Shown here piece after piece: positions 24,113 through 33,614 of a stretch of DNA of 64,000 nucleotides. The translations under genes and the position numbers were made by a program. Within the stretch, counting starts at the first letter, position 1, and every line of letters starts with the position of its first letter. The notes under the pieces are model-generated. The model saw nothing but the letters and a program-made list of their open reading frames with translations, did not search any database and was not told the DNA's origin. This DNA is from Dehalococcoidia bacterium (GTDB lineage: Bacteria; Chloroflexota; Dehalococcoidia; Bin125): contig OY820591.1 of assembly GCA_963555985.3 (NCBI GenBank), positions 2,944,001-3,008,000 on the forward strand, in the 5' to 3' direction.

Positions 24113-24543
24113 TGTGGCGGGGTTGAGTTTGGAAGAGTGTTGCGGGGATGACAGTTGGGGTGGGGCGGGTGGACCCCCTCTGTCCCCTGTTCAGGCCAGG
24201 GGCGGGCTGCTGCGCGACGCCTCTCCCAAGGGAGCCCTGTGCATACATCAAAGACCGTCATACCCGCGCTTGTCGCGGGTATTTCGCCGTGATTGCACCG
24301 TCGTCGCGCACACGGCGAGATTGCCGCGGCGGAGCGCGGCAATGACGGAGCACATCGACGTTCGCAAAGCTCTCCTTGGGCGGGAATCCAGAGGCCACTC
24401 GGTACGATGCATGGATTCCCGCCTGCGCGGGAATGACGGAAATGGGGATTTTGCAGAGGCCTGCCTGCGCGGGAATGACGTATTTTGGGATTACGCGCGG
24501 ATCTTCTCAAGGGGGAGATCGATCATGGTTGACGGCAGGTCAC

Positions 24544-25437
24544 TTAGGTGTAGACGATTTCGCGCTCGTCGCCGGGGCCTCGTTGGCGGGCGAGCCAGCG
24601 GCGGCTGGCGGTGAGCATGGGGCCGGCGTGTTTGGTGGCGGACGCTTCTACGATTGGGCCTACGTCTCGGTAGCCGAGCCTTTGGTAGGCGCGTACGGCC
24701 GGCTCGTTGTTCGGATCGACTGAGAGCACCACGTCGTCGACCTGCTCCAGCAGGGCGGCGGTGACTGCGCTGGTGACCAGGGTGGCGTGTCCTCTGCCGC
24801 GATAGCGCGGGTGGGTGAAGACGTTGCCCAAGATGGCGATTCCGTGTTTGCGGCCGATTGCGTGGGTGCCTGCGATGGCGACCAGGCGCTCGTCGTCGGT
24901 GACGCCCCAGTAGCAGCCGTCTTCGATGTGTTCGCGGCGGTAATAGGTGGGCGAGCCTTCGGAGTTGTAGAGCCGGTTGACGATCTGCACGTGCGCGCCC
25001 AGCAGCGGCGTGGCCTCGCCTCGGGCGGGGCGGAAGGTCTCGGCGGTCACCAGCATCCGCATCATGCGTCTGGGATTTTTGAGCGAATGCACCGCTTCCA
25101 GCGCGGGCAGGTGCTGGGGCTCGCCGATGGCGAAGGTGCGACCGTAGCCGGGGTGCAGCTTCAAGATCGCGGCGATTGCCTCAGCGGGACCGGTGAGCGT
25201 AGTGGCATTGCCCAGGCCGCCGCGCGAATGACAGACGATCGCAGCGCCTTGGGCGGTCTCGGCGGAGTACCATTCCGACTCTTCCCAGGCTCCATCGTCC
25301 AACTGGGCGAGCGCGTAGGCTCCGACCCAGCGGTGGGACTGCAACTGGGCCGCGAGTCCTTCGCGGTCATAGCGCTGGACGATCTCCAGGCGCTCACGAG
25401 TGGCCAGGAACCTCGACGGGCGCAGCGAGAGGGTCAT
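24544..25437 (-). CDS. GNAT family acetyltransferase (C-terminal FR47-like domain)
   Basis: GNVFTHPRYRGRGHA acetyl-CoA motif, NEPAVRAYQRLGY. Confidence 0.85.
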   Translation of the reverse strand: MTLSLRPSRFLATRERLEIVQRYDREGLAAQLQSHRWVGAYALAQLDDGAWEESEWYSAETAQGAAIVCHSRGGLGNATTLTGPAEAIAAILKLHPGYGRTFAIGEPQHLPALEAVHSLKNPRRMMRMLVTAETFRPARGEATPLLGAHVQIVNRLYNSEGSPTYYRREHIEDGCYWGVTDDERLVAIAGTHAIGRKHGIAILGNVFTHPRYRGRGHATLVTSAVTAALLEQVDDVVLSVDPNNEPAVRAYQRLGYRDVGPIVEASATKHAGPMLTASRRWLARQRGPGDEREIVYT

Positions 25438-26354
25438 GTCTGCGCCTCCGCCAGCGTGACCTGAGCCAGACGCCGCTCAACGCCCTCGCAGGTCGCCTGC
25501 AAGACGCCCTCCACGCCGAAGCGCTCGACCGCGAACGAGGCGACGGCGCAACCCCAGCGGGCGGCGTTGACCAGTTCCCAGCCGCGCGCGATCGCGCTCA
25601 GCAGCGCGCCGATGAAGGTATCACCGGCGCCGGTCGGATCGATCACGCGAATCTCCGGCACCGCGCCCACGTGCGCCCGCTGTTCACCCTCGAATACCTC
25701 CACGCCTTGCGAGGCGCGTTTGAGCGCGAAGGCTCGTCCGCCCAGCGCGCGGATCTCGCGCCAGGCGGCTGTCGCCAGTTCGGGGTCGTCCAGATCGCCG
25801 CGCCAGCCGATCAGGTGGGCCGCTTCGAGGGTGTTGATTGAGACCAGGTCGGACTCTCGCAGCAGTTCGCGGAACTCGTCGGTGCGTTCGGCGACTTCAC
25901 GCTCGATCGTGTCGATGGCGACCAGGCGCTTGCCGCGCAGTTGCCGCAGTGCGCGCCGGTTTTGCTCGGGGTTGCCCGCTGTGAGCAGGACGATCGGCAC
26001 GTCTCGCATCGCTTCGTTGACCACGATCGGGTGAGAGTCGTAGACGCCGGCGCGGGTGTAGAGGGTCTCGCGCTGATCGCCTGAGTCGGTGTAGCGGCAA
26101 CCCCAGCGGAAGTTCTCGCCTTCGGTTCGGACTACTCCGTCCAGCGAGATTGCCCGCTCGCGCAACGGATCGAGCAGCTTGGGGTCGAAGTCGTCGCCGA
26201 TCACCGAGATCGGGGCGGCGTGGGCGAGCAGGGAGGCGGCGAGACAGGCATAGATGGCGGAGCCGCCGAGCTGCTGCTCGACGTCTCCGGCGGCGCTGTG
26301 GATTTCGTCCAAGGCGACGGCGCCGACGACGGCGATCTCGACGGCCCGGCTCAT
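25434..26354 (-). CDS. PfkB family carbohydrate/nucleoside kinase
   Basis: LGGSAIYA and DPTGAGDTF signature; start moved to ATG 26354. Confidence 0.88.
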   Translation of the reverse strand: MSRAVEIAVVGAVALDEIHSAAGDVEQQLGGSAIYACLAASLLAHAAPISVIGDDFDPKLLDPLRERAISLDGVVRTEGENFRWGCRYTDSGDQRETLYTRAGVYDSHPIVVNEAMRDVPIVLLTAGNPEQNRRALRQLRGKRLVAIDTIEREVAERTDEFRELLRESDLVSINTLEAAHLIGWRGDLDDPELATAAWREIRALGGRAFALKRASQGVEVFEGEQRAHVGAVPEIRVIDPTGAGDTFIGALLSAIARGWELVNAARWGCAVASFAVERFGVEGVLQATCEGVERRLAQVTLAEAQT

Positions 26355-27232
26355 GGCAGCCGCTGCCCGAGCAGGAGCGCGTAGCGTTCGCGGATTTCGG
26401 CGGGGATGCGTTTGGGGTCGGTCATGATCGCGCCCTCCAGCGCGCCGGCGGCGGTGGATACCCAATCGGAAGGTAGATCGCGGGCGACGGCGGCGACAAT
26501 GCGCTGGGCGGAGGCGACGTTCTGGGCCACGATCGCGGCGACTGCGGCTGCGGTCACGTCCGCTTCCGACTCGTGCCAGACGTCGTAGTCGGTGGCGGTG
26601 GCGAGCATGGCGTAGGCGAGCTCGGCTTCGCGCGCGAGTTTTGCTTCGGGGATCGCGGTCATGCCGATGATCGAGGCACCCAAGGAGCGGTAGAGGTGCG
26701 ACTCGGCGCGCGTGCTGAAGAGCGGGCCCTCCATGGCGATGTAGGCGCCGCCTGCGTGTACCGGCTGGTCGATCTCGTTGGCGGCTGTGACCAGGCGCGC
26801 GCTGAGGTCGGCGCAGAATGGATCGGCGAAGCCCGCGTGCACGACAATGCCGTCGCCGAAGAAGGTGGTCGGTCGTCCGCCGCGGGTGCGGTCGATGATC
26901 TGATCGGGGACGACCATGTGTCCGGGCACGATCTCCTGTCGCAGCGAGCCTACGGCGGAGACTGCGAGGATGCCCTGTACGCCCAGCGCTTTGAGCGCCC
27001 AGATATTGGCCCGCACGGGGATCTCGTGCGGGAGCAGGCGGTGGCCGGCACCGTGCCGGGGTAGGAATGCTATTCGTTTTCCATGCAGCGTGCCGATGAT
27101 GAGTTCGTCGCTGGTGTCGCCGAACGGGGTCTCTGGGGACCAGCGTTCGACGTCCTCCAGGCCGGGCATCCGGTAGAAGCCGGAGCCGCCGATCACGGCG
27201 AGGAATGCGTTTGGGCGTTCGGCGTCGGTCAT
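26351..27232 (-). CDS. mtnP: S-methyl-5'-thioadenosine phosphorylase
   Basis: IGGSG, FLPRHG, RANIWALK, EGPLFSTRAES, GMTAIPEAKLAREAE, TDYDVW. Confidence 0.93.
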   Translation of the reverse strand: MTDAERPNAFLAVIGGSGFYRMPGLEDVERWSPETPFGDTSDELIIGTLHGKRIAFLPRHGAGHRLLPHEIPVRANIWALKALGVQGILAVSAVGSLRQEIVPGHMVVPDQIIDRTRGGRPTTFFGDGIVVHAGFADPFCADLSARLVTAANEIDQPVHAGGAYIAMEGPLFSTRAESHLYRSLGASIIGMTAIPEAKLAREAELAYAMLATATDYDVWHESEADVTAAAVAAIVAQNVASAQRIVAAVARDLPSDWVSTAAGALEGAIMTDPKRIPAEIRERYALLLGQRLP

Positions 27233-27243
27233 TGGCGTCCTCT

Positions 27244-27774
27244 TCAGTAGATCAAGAGCGATTCGAGCGGGTGCGGGGCGAGGCGCTGGCGGCCTTGCAG
27301 GTCGGCCAGTTCGATCAGCATGGCGATGATGTGGATCTCGGCTCCGCTCTGGGCGATCAGCTGCGCCGCCGCCTCGGCTGTGCCGCCGGTGGCGAGGAGA
27401 TCGTCGACCAGGGCGACACGGTCTCCGGGCTTGAGTGCGTCGGCGTGCATCTCGATTGTGGCTGAGCCGTATTCGAGCTCGTAGGAGCGGGCGATCGTGT
27501 CTGCGGGGAGCTTGCCGGCCTTGCGGATCGGGACGAAGGGGATTCGCAAGCGCTGGGCGGTGGGGGCACCCAGGATGAATCCGCGCGACTCGATTCCCAG
27601 CACTGCGTCCGCGCCCTCGCAGCGTTCGGCCAGCCAGTCCACTGCCAGCCCGAACCCGTTCGGATCGGCGAGCAGGGGGGTGATGTCGCGGAAGAGGATG
27701 CCCGGTTCGGGGAAGTCGGGTACCGCGCGGATGTACTGCGCGATCAGATCGCTCAGCGTGGGCGTGTCGGTCAC
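27244..27774 (-). CDS. apt: Adenine phosphoribosyltransferase
   Basis: PDFPEPGILFRDITPLL, IESRGF, RKAGKLP, VDDLLATGGT; GTG start after GGAG. Confidence 0.95.
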   Translation of the reverse strand: MTDTPTLSDLIAQYIRAVPDFPEPGILFRDITPLLADPNGFGLAVDWLAERCEGADAVLGIESRGFILGAPTAQRLRIPFVPIRKAGKLPADTIARSYELEYGSATIEMHADALKPGDRVALVDDLLATGGTAEAAAQLIAQSGAEIHIIAMLIELADLQGRQRLAPHPLESLLIY

Positions 27775-27866
27775 GGGCGCTCCGCTTTCACTCTGGGCGG
27801 CAGACTTGCGCATCAGACTACCAATCCGCTTCGCTGGTACTCTGAGTTGAGGTTGGGAGGAGGACG

Positions 27867-28688
27867 GTGTTGGACGATCCGCTGCGCTGGTCGGGGGACG
27901 ATCAGGAACGCGCGCTTGCCGCGATTGCGCCCTGGTATGAGCTCGATTTCGGCGAGCTCGATGCGGACATCGTGCTCTATCGAGAGTTGACGCCGGTTAC
28001 GGCGCGCATTCTTGAACTTGGGGCCGGGACCGGTCGCGTCGCGGCCCAGATCGCCGATCGCGGCCGGCGCGTGACGGCGGTGGAGTCGTCGCCGGCGATG
28101 CTCCGGGCCGGTTGCGAGCGGATGACCCGCGCCGGCGTAGAGGTCGTGCAGACCGACATGCGCTGTCCGGCGCTTCCCGGAGACGAGCGGTATGACCTGG
28201 TGATCTTCGCGCTTTCGACTTTCCAACATCTGCTGCGGCGGGAGGATCAGCTGGCGGCGCTCCGCTCCGCCGGGGCGCGGCTCGCTGCGGACGGCATTCT
28301 CGCTCTCGATCTGACTGCGCCGCGACCGGACGACGTGGATCCGGCTCCGCAACCGCTGCGACTGGAATGGACTCGCCATGCACCTGACGGCACGATCGTG
28401 ACCAAGCTCGCTACGCAAGAGCTCGCGCTGGAGCGGACCTACGGCGACGCGGTTGACCGCGCCTCGCCGATCGCCTGGCTCACGTACCAGTACGACGCGA
28501 TCGCGCCGGACGGAGTCGTGCGCCGCTCGCTGGCCCGCTTCCCGCTGCGGGTCAGCCTCGGCGCGGGCGAAATCTACGGGTTGCTGCGCGAGGCGGGGCT
28601 TCAGCCGCACAGCTGGTTCGGCTCGTGGGAGCTTGATCCGGTGGGGGCGGGCGATCGTCTGATCGTTTTGGCGGGTCGCGCATCATGA
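27867..28688 (+). CDS. Class I SAM-dependent methyltransferase
   Basis: ILELGAGTGRVA motif I, YDLV motif; GGAGGA RBS. Confidence 0.85.
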   Translation: MLDDPLRWSGDDQERALAAIAPWYELDFGELDADIVLYRELTPVTARILELGAGTGRVAAQIADRGRRVTAVESSPAMLRAGCERMTRAGVEVVQTDMRCPALPGDERYDLVIFALSTFQHLLRREDQLAALRSAGARLAADGILALDLTAPRPDDVDPAPQPLRLEWTRHAPDGTIVTKLATQELALERTYGDAVDRASPIAWLTYQYDAIAPDGVVRRSLARFPLRVSLGAGEIYGLLREAGLQPHSWFGSWELDPVGAGDRLIVLAGRAS

Positions 28689-30007
28689 GGGGCGTGACGC
28701 TCCGAACGACGGCGCTGGCGGCGCTCGTGATCGTCGCGGTCTTGGGCTTGCTCGCGGCTGCCTGCGGTTCCAATCCGAACGAGAACGTCCAGGCCAACGA
28801 GTATTTCCGCCCGGCCTCCGAGCAACAGGAGCAGGCCGCTGCGCAGGCGCAGCAGGGCGAGTCCGAGGCTCAGCAGGAGGAGGCTCAAACTCAGGCTCAG
28901 CAGCAAGCTCAGACTCAAGCGCAGGCGGCACAGGAGCAGGCGGAAGCAAGCGAGCAGACCGAGAGCCAGGCAGCAGCTGAAACCGAGGCGGAAGCGCAGA
29001 GCGAGCAAACGCAGGACGAGGAGCCCCAAGCCGACGCTCCCTCCGAACCGGGGATCGAAACCGCCGACGACATCATCCGCCGCTACACCAATCCCTCCTA
29101 CGGTTACTCGATCCAACTGGTTTGTCCGCCCTTCTGCGACGCCAGCTCGAACGGGATCGACCGCGTCACCTTCCTCTCCGAAACCGGACGCGCCCTGATT
29201 GGCATCAACGCCGTGCTCGATACCGACCAGGATCCCGAAGCGCTGCTCCGCGAGACGCTCAACCTGCCCGAGAACATCCAGATCCTCTCGCGCGAAGCGG
29301 CGATGATGATCACGGGCGAAGCGGCGGAGCGGATCGTCTGGGAAGAAGACCGCCGCGCGACCGGCGGCTTTCTCGTCCGCTGGCAGGCTTACGTGACCGT
29401 GGTCGACGGGATCGCGCTGATCGTTCGCGCGGGCGCGGTGGCCGATGATTACGAGTCGATGGAGCCCTCCTTCGAGCGCGCGCTCTCGACCTTCATCCTG
29501 CCGCTCGAAGTGGAGGCCAAACCCGGCGTCTACGACCGCTTCGGCTTTCTCGTGCGCTACAGCACCGACGATTTCGCTCAGGAATTCGGCCAACCCACGA
29601 TCAATCCACCCAACGAGGACGCCGGCATTTTCGTGCTCCAGACCGAAACGGCGCTCCGCGCCGTGCTGATCTGGCAAGCCCTGGGCCAAGCCTTCTACGA
29701 CGGCGACACCGCTCTGGAGCGCACGCTCAACGAATCCCTCGGCATGTCCGGGCTCTTCGATCTGAGAGACGGCGAGCTGATCGACGGTCAGCCCTCGCGC
29801 ACCGGCTTGATGCAGACGCAGATCGGCGAGGGCACCGTCCAGGTGCGCTCCTACGCCTGGTACTGCGTTGAGGGCGGGCGCGAGTTCGTCCTGCACGTGC
29901 TTGACCCCGAAGACCCCGAAGCGATCGCGCTACCGTTACTGGACAGTTTCCGCTGCAACGCCGAGGCAGCGGAGGACACCGAGGCGACCGACGCTGAGGG
30001 GGAGTAA
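28685..30007 (+). CDS. Putative lipoprotein with Gln/Glu/Ala-rich linker and two PsbP-like domains
   Basis: Signal peptide with lipobox LLAAA-C; low-complexity QAQEQ stretch; RYTNPSYGYSI and VYDRFGFLVRY domain starts. Confidence 0.7.
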   Translation: MRGVTLRTTALAALVIVAVLGLLAAACGSNPNENVQANEYFRPASEQQEQAAAQAQQGESEAQQEEAQTQAQQQAQTQAQAAQEQAEASEQTESQAAAETEAEAQSEQTQDEEPQADAPSEPGIETADDIIRRYTNPSYGYSIQLVCPPFCDASSNGIDRVTFLSETGRALIGINAVLDTDQDPEALLRETLNLPENIQILSREAAMMITGEAAERIVWEEDRRATGGFLVRWQAYVTVVDGIALIVRAGAVADDYESMEPSFERALSTFILPLEVEAKPGVYDRFGFLVRYSTDDFAQEFGQPTINPPNEDAGIFVLQTETALRAVLIWQALGQAFYDGDTALERTLNESLGMSGLFDLRDGELIDGQPSRTGLMQTQIGEGTVQVRSYAWYCVEGGREFVLHVLDPEDPEAIALPLLDSFRCNAEAAEDTEATDAEGE

Positions 30008-30009
30008 GC

Positions 30010-31089
30010 ATGACGCTGCGCAGCGGAGGAACGGTCACCGTCGCTGTCGATGCGATGGGTGGAGACCACGCCCCGGCTGCGATCGTGCGCGGGGCGGTGC
30101 TGGCCGCACGCGATCCCAACGTGGACATCATCCTGGTCGGGCGCGGCAACGAGATTCGCAGTTTGCTCCCGGCCGCGCAACGCAACCTGCGCATCGCCGA
30201 GGCCTCCGAAGCGATCGCGATGGAGGCGCAACCGACCGAAGTCCGGCGCAGGCGCGACTCCTCGATCATGGTCGGGCTCGGCCTGATCGCCGAGGGCGAA
30301 GCGGACGCTTTTCTCTCTTTCGGCAACACCGGCGCGGTGATGGCGGGCGCGCTCTTCCGGCTCGGGCGTGTGCCCGGCGTCGCTCGGCCCGCGCTCGGCG
30401 CGCTCTTCCGCAACGGTCGCGGCACGACCTCGCTGCTGCTCGATGTGGGCGCGAACATCGAGAACCGCCCCCACTATCTCGCCCAGTTCGCGATCATGGG
30501 CCGCGCCTACGTGCAGCGCGTCCTCCGTCACCGCGACCCCAGCGTGGGTCTGCTCAACGTCGGCGAGGAGGACAGCAAAGGCAGCCAACTGCATCAGGAG
30601 GTCTACCGCCTGCTCGAGCGCCAGGAACCTAACTTCGTCGGCAACATCGAGGGCAACCGGCTGATCGCGGGCGACGCCGACGTGATCGTCTCCGACGGTT
30701 TCACCGGCAACGTGGTCGTCAAAGTCTCCGAGGGTCTGGCCGAACAGTTGATGGGCGAGATCAAGCGCAACATCCAGGCCAAGCTGATCCATATGGCGGG
30801 CGCCTGGCTGATGCGCGGCGTCTTTGAGGGTCTGCGCAAGAACTGGGACTACGCCAAGGTCGGTTCGGCACCACTCTTCGGCATTGACGGCGCTGTCCTG
30901 GTCGGACACGGCCGCGCCAACGCCGAGGCCGTCGCCAGCGGCATCCGCGCTGCCCAGGGCGTGGTCGAAGCGGGCGTGGTCGAAGCGATCCGGGAAGCGT
31001 TCGCCGGCGCCGCCCCGCCCGACGACAACGGCGACACCGCATCCGATCACGCCCAGAGCACGCCCGACCGCCGCCCCGAGCGAACCTGA
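30010..31089 (+). CDS. plsX: Phosphate acyltransferase PlsX
   Basis: VAVDAMGGDHAP, GNTGA, LLDVGAN, LLNVGEE..KG, DVIVSDGFTGNV. Confidence 0.95.
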   Translation: MTLRSGGTVTVAVDAMGGDHAPAAIVRGAVLAARDPNVDIILVGRGNEIRSLLPAAQRNLRIAEASEAIAMEAQPTEVRRRRDSSIMVGLGLIAEGEADAFLSFGNTGAVMAGALFRLGRVPGVARPALGALFRNGRGTTSLLLDVGANIENRPHYLAQFAIMGRAYVQRVLRHRDPSVGLLNVGEEDSKGSQLHQEVYRLLERQEPNFVGNIEGNRLIAGDADVIVSDGFTGNVVVKVSEGLAEQLMGEIKRNIQAKLIHMAGAWLMRGVFEGLRKNWDYAKVGSAPLFGIDGAVLVGHGRANAEAVASGIRAAQGVVEAGVVEAIREAFAGAAPPDDNGDTASDHAQSTPDRRPERT

Positions 31090-31263
31090 CGGAGCCTGCT
31101 TGCCATCCGAACGCTCGCCTGCGTATCGGGCGTGACAATCTCCAACTCCCCGCTGCCATGCTGCGGCGCGCATCGGCTATCATGGGGGCAAGTACTCGCG
31201 CGTGCGCGCGAACCAAAGTTCTAGGACGCACGCATTAGCCCAGCATTCTCTAGGAGGAACAGC

Positions 31264-31590
31264 ATGGCCAAGCCCCAGGAAGTAACCGACGCCAGCTTCC
31301 AGAACGACGTACTCGAGAGCGACCTGCCCGTGCTGGTCGACTTCTGGGCTCCCTGGTGCGGACCCTGCCGCATGGTCGCCCCGGTCGTTGACGAACTCTC
31401 CGACGAGTACGACGGCAAAGTCGCCTTCTACAAGCTCAACACCGACGAGAACCCCGGCATCGCCACCACCTACGGGATTCGCAGCATCCCCACTCTGCTC
31501 GTCTTCAAGGAAGGCGATGTGGTTGGCCAGATCGTCGGTTTCCGGCCCAAGAAGGACCTCGCCAAGCGCCTCGACGAAGCGCTCGTCTAA
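31264..31590 (+). CDS. trxA: Thioredoxin
   Basis: DFWAPWCGPCR, IRSIPTL; AGGAGG RBS. Confidence 0.97.
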   Translation: MAKPQEVTDASFQNDVLESDLPVLVDFWAPWCGPCRMVAPVVDELSDEYDGKVAFYKLNTDENPGIATTYGIRSIPTLLVFKEGDVVGQIVGFRPKKDLAKRLDEALV

Positions 31591-31622
31591 ACCACCACCC
31601 GCACACCTCCACTTGCCCTTAT

Positions 31623-31656
31623 CCCCTCTCCCTGTGGGAGAGGGCTGGGGCGAGGG
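31623..31656. repeat. Short palindromic repeat/hairpin between convergent genes
   Basis: CCCTCTCCC-tgt-GGGAGAGGG-ctggggcgaggg. Confidence 0.7.
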
Positions 31657-31667
31657 CCGACCGCTTG

Positions 31668-32075
31668 CTAGGCAGGGGTCACTTCGAGTCTGCGACCGAC
31701 GGCCTGCAGGGCGGCATCGAGTTGATCGAGGCGTGAAGAGCGCTGGAGGTCGAGCAAGCGATCGACCTGGCGCAGACGGCAGCCGAGGCGGCGAGCTAAT
31801 TCGGCGCGGCCAACGCCTTGCTCCCTCATGCTCTGGTAGAGGATCGTCTTAATCGCGGTCAACGCCGGGAGTGTGGCACAAGTCCGGCCAGCCGAAGGTG
31901 CGGGAACGTCTTTGCGCTCCGAAATGCGGGCGGCGATCGCTTCCTCGAGCGCGTCAACGGCGCGAGCGAGGGCCTCGTCGCGGTCCTCGCCAAAAGTGAT
32001 CAGCTCGGGGAAGTCGGGCGCAACGGCAAGGACAGAACCCTCGTCTTCGCGCAAGGTGATCGGATAGGCGAGCAT
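31668..32075 (-). CDS. hicB: HicB family antitoxin with C-terminal HTH
   Basis: YPITL..., PDFPELITFGED..EAL, VGRAELARRLG...VDRLLDL. Confidence 0.88.
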   Translation of the reverse strand: MLAYPITLREDEGSVLAVAPDFPELITFGEDRDEALARAVDALEEAIAARISERKDVPAPSAGRTCATLPALTAIKTILYQSMREQGVGRAELARRLGCRLRQVDRLLDLQRSSRLDQLDAALQAVGRRLEVTPA

Positions 32076-32263
32076 TAGTCCAACCCCAAGTCCTTCTTGA
32101 TCTTGGCAACCAGGCCGGGGCCGAGTTCCTTGCGGCCACCGTGCATCGGCAGCTGGCTGGTGCGGTCTCCGCGCCGAACAGTGAGATGTCCACTGCCTCC
32201 CTTGTGCGTGTGGAACGTGCAGCCCCGCTTCTTCAGCCAACGGCGAAGTTCAGAGGCGTTCAT
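32075..32263 (-). CDS. hicA: HicA family toxin
   Basis: 62 aa, ELRRWLKKRG, GSGHL, LPMHG..EL..GLV..IKKDLG. Confidence 0.9.
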   Translation of the reverse strand: MNASELRRWLKKRGCTFHTHKGGSGHLTVRRGDRTSQLPMHGGRKELGPGLVAKIKKDLGLD

Positions 32264-32437
32264 TGACTCTGATCATGCGCGGCAGCGACGGCGATGTCAA
32301 CGCAGGCCTGCCGGAGTAAGCCCTAAGTCTTGCCCGGCCTCCTTCCAGCCAACCCCCTCACCTGATGCGTTAGCCTGCGCATAGTTAGAACCCACTCTGA
32401 TGCGCGGGATACCCGTGCGTGGAAATGAGGCACTCGG

Positions 32438-33610
32438 ATGAAGGTCGGCGTTCACTTCAACTTCCAGAACTACACCGATTGGGACCGCTTCGACGCCCAG
32501 CAGATCGCCGAAGAACCGGTGATCACCGACCAGCAGGTCTACGAGGAAGACATCCACCTGGGCGGCCTGGTGGAACCGCTCGGTTTCGACTCCTACTGGT
32601 GCATCGACCACCACTTCTCGCCCTACATCATGACCTCCGGGGCGATGCAGAACATCACCTACTTCGCCGGCAAGACGGAGCGGATCGACTTCGGCACGAT
32701 GGTGATCGTGCTGCCCTGGTACGACCCGGTCGCGATCGCCGAGCAGATCACGGTGCTCGACAACATGCTGATGGGCCGCCAGCTCACGCTCGGCTTGGGC
32801 CGCGGCGCGGCCAAGCGCGAGTTCGACGCCTTCCGCTCGCCGATGGGCGAGTCCCGCGACCGTTTCATGGAGTCGCTGGAGGTCGTGCGCAAGGCGCTGA
32901 CCCAGGAGTTCTTCTCGCACGAGGGCGACTTCTACACGATCCCCGAGACCACGATCCGCCCGCGTCCGCGCAACGCTCAGCGCCTGCTCGACTCGATGCG
33001 GGTCGCCTGGATCTCGCCGGAAACGCTCGAAATCGCGGCCAACGCCGGCCTGGGGATGCTCTTCACCAACTCCAAGCAGTGGCACGAGTACCAGGCCGAC
33101 GTACAGCGCTTCAATGAGATCCGGGTCGGGCACGGCTGGGAGCCGCGCCAGCCCACCGTGGTTGCCAACGTCGCCTGCTTCGACACTGAAGAAGAGGCCT
33201 GGGACGTCATGCTCCAGCACGTCGGCGAGTTCCAGGAGAGCGTTGAGCGCCACTACCACTTCTCCGAGTCGGCCCGCTTCGCGGCGACCAAGGGCTACAA
33301 GTACTACGCCGAGTTCGGCAAGACCAACGAGAAGACCACCCCGCTCCAGCGCGCCCAGTTCGCCGCCACCCCCCAGGCCTGGGGCACGCCCGACCAGGTG
33401 ATCGAGAAGCTGAAGCACATCCAGCAGATGACCGCCGCCGAAGAGATGATCATGAACTTCCGGATCAGCGGCGGGATGCCGGCCGACACCGCCGAGCGCA
33501 GCATGAGGCTGTTCGCCAAGGAAGTCCTGCCCGCGATCCACGAGCTCGAAGGCACGATGCCGGAAGAGCTGTCGGGGCGCGCCGTCGGCGAACCGGTCTC
33601 CGCTGACTAG
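32438..33610 (+). CDS. LLM-class flavin-dependent oxidoreductase
   Basis: GFDSYWCIDHHFS, DPVAIAEQITVLD, LGLGRG, RSMRLFAKEVLP. Confidence 0.9.
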   Translation: MKVGVHFNFQNYTDWDRFDAQQIAEEPVITDQQVYEEDIHLGGLVEPLGFDSYWCIDHHFSPYIMTSGAMQNITYFAGKTERIDFGTMVIVLPWYDPVAIAEQITVLDNMLMGRQLTLGLGRGAAKREFDAFRSPMGESRDRFMESLEVVRKALTQEFFSHEGDFYTIPETTIRPRPRNAQRLLDSMRVAWISPETLEIAANAGLGMLFTNSKQWHEYQADVQRFNEIRVGHGWEPRQPTVVANVACFDTEEEAWDVMLQHVGEFQESVERHYHFSESARFAATKGYKYYAEFGKTNEKTTPLQRAQFAATPQAWGTPDQVIEKLKHIQQMTAAEEMIMNFRISGGMPADTAERSMRLFAKEVLPAIHELEGTMPEELSGRAVGEPVSAD

Positions 33611-33614
33611 ACGG

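Larger units (their letters stand above)
23770..24506. repeat. Large composite repeat region (REP/dRS3-like palindromes, TIR-like ends, hairpin repeats)
   Basis: Palindromes at 23837-23863, 23894-23921, 24256-24285, 24317-24347, 24413-24437 and 24460-24480; CCCTCTGCC..GGCATCTCCCC at about 23773. Confidence 0.85.

Noticed and set aside
23604-24723. Several 130-300-aa ORFs across the repeat region
   Set aside because: Translations of palindromic repeats and low-complexity DNA (RHSRAGGN-type artefacts)
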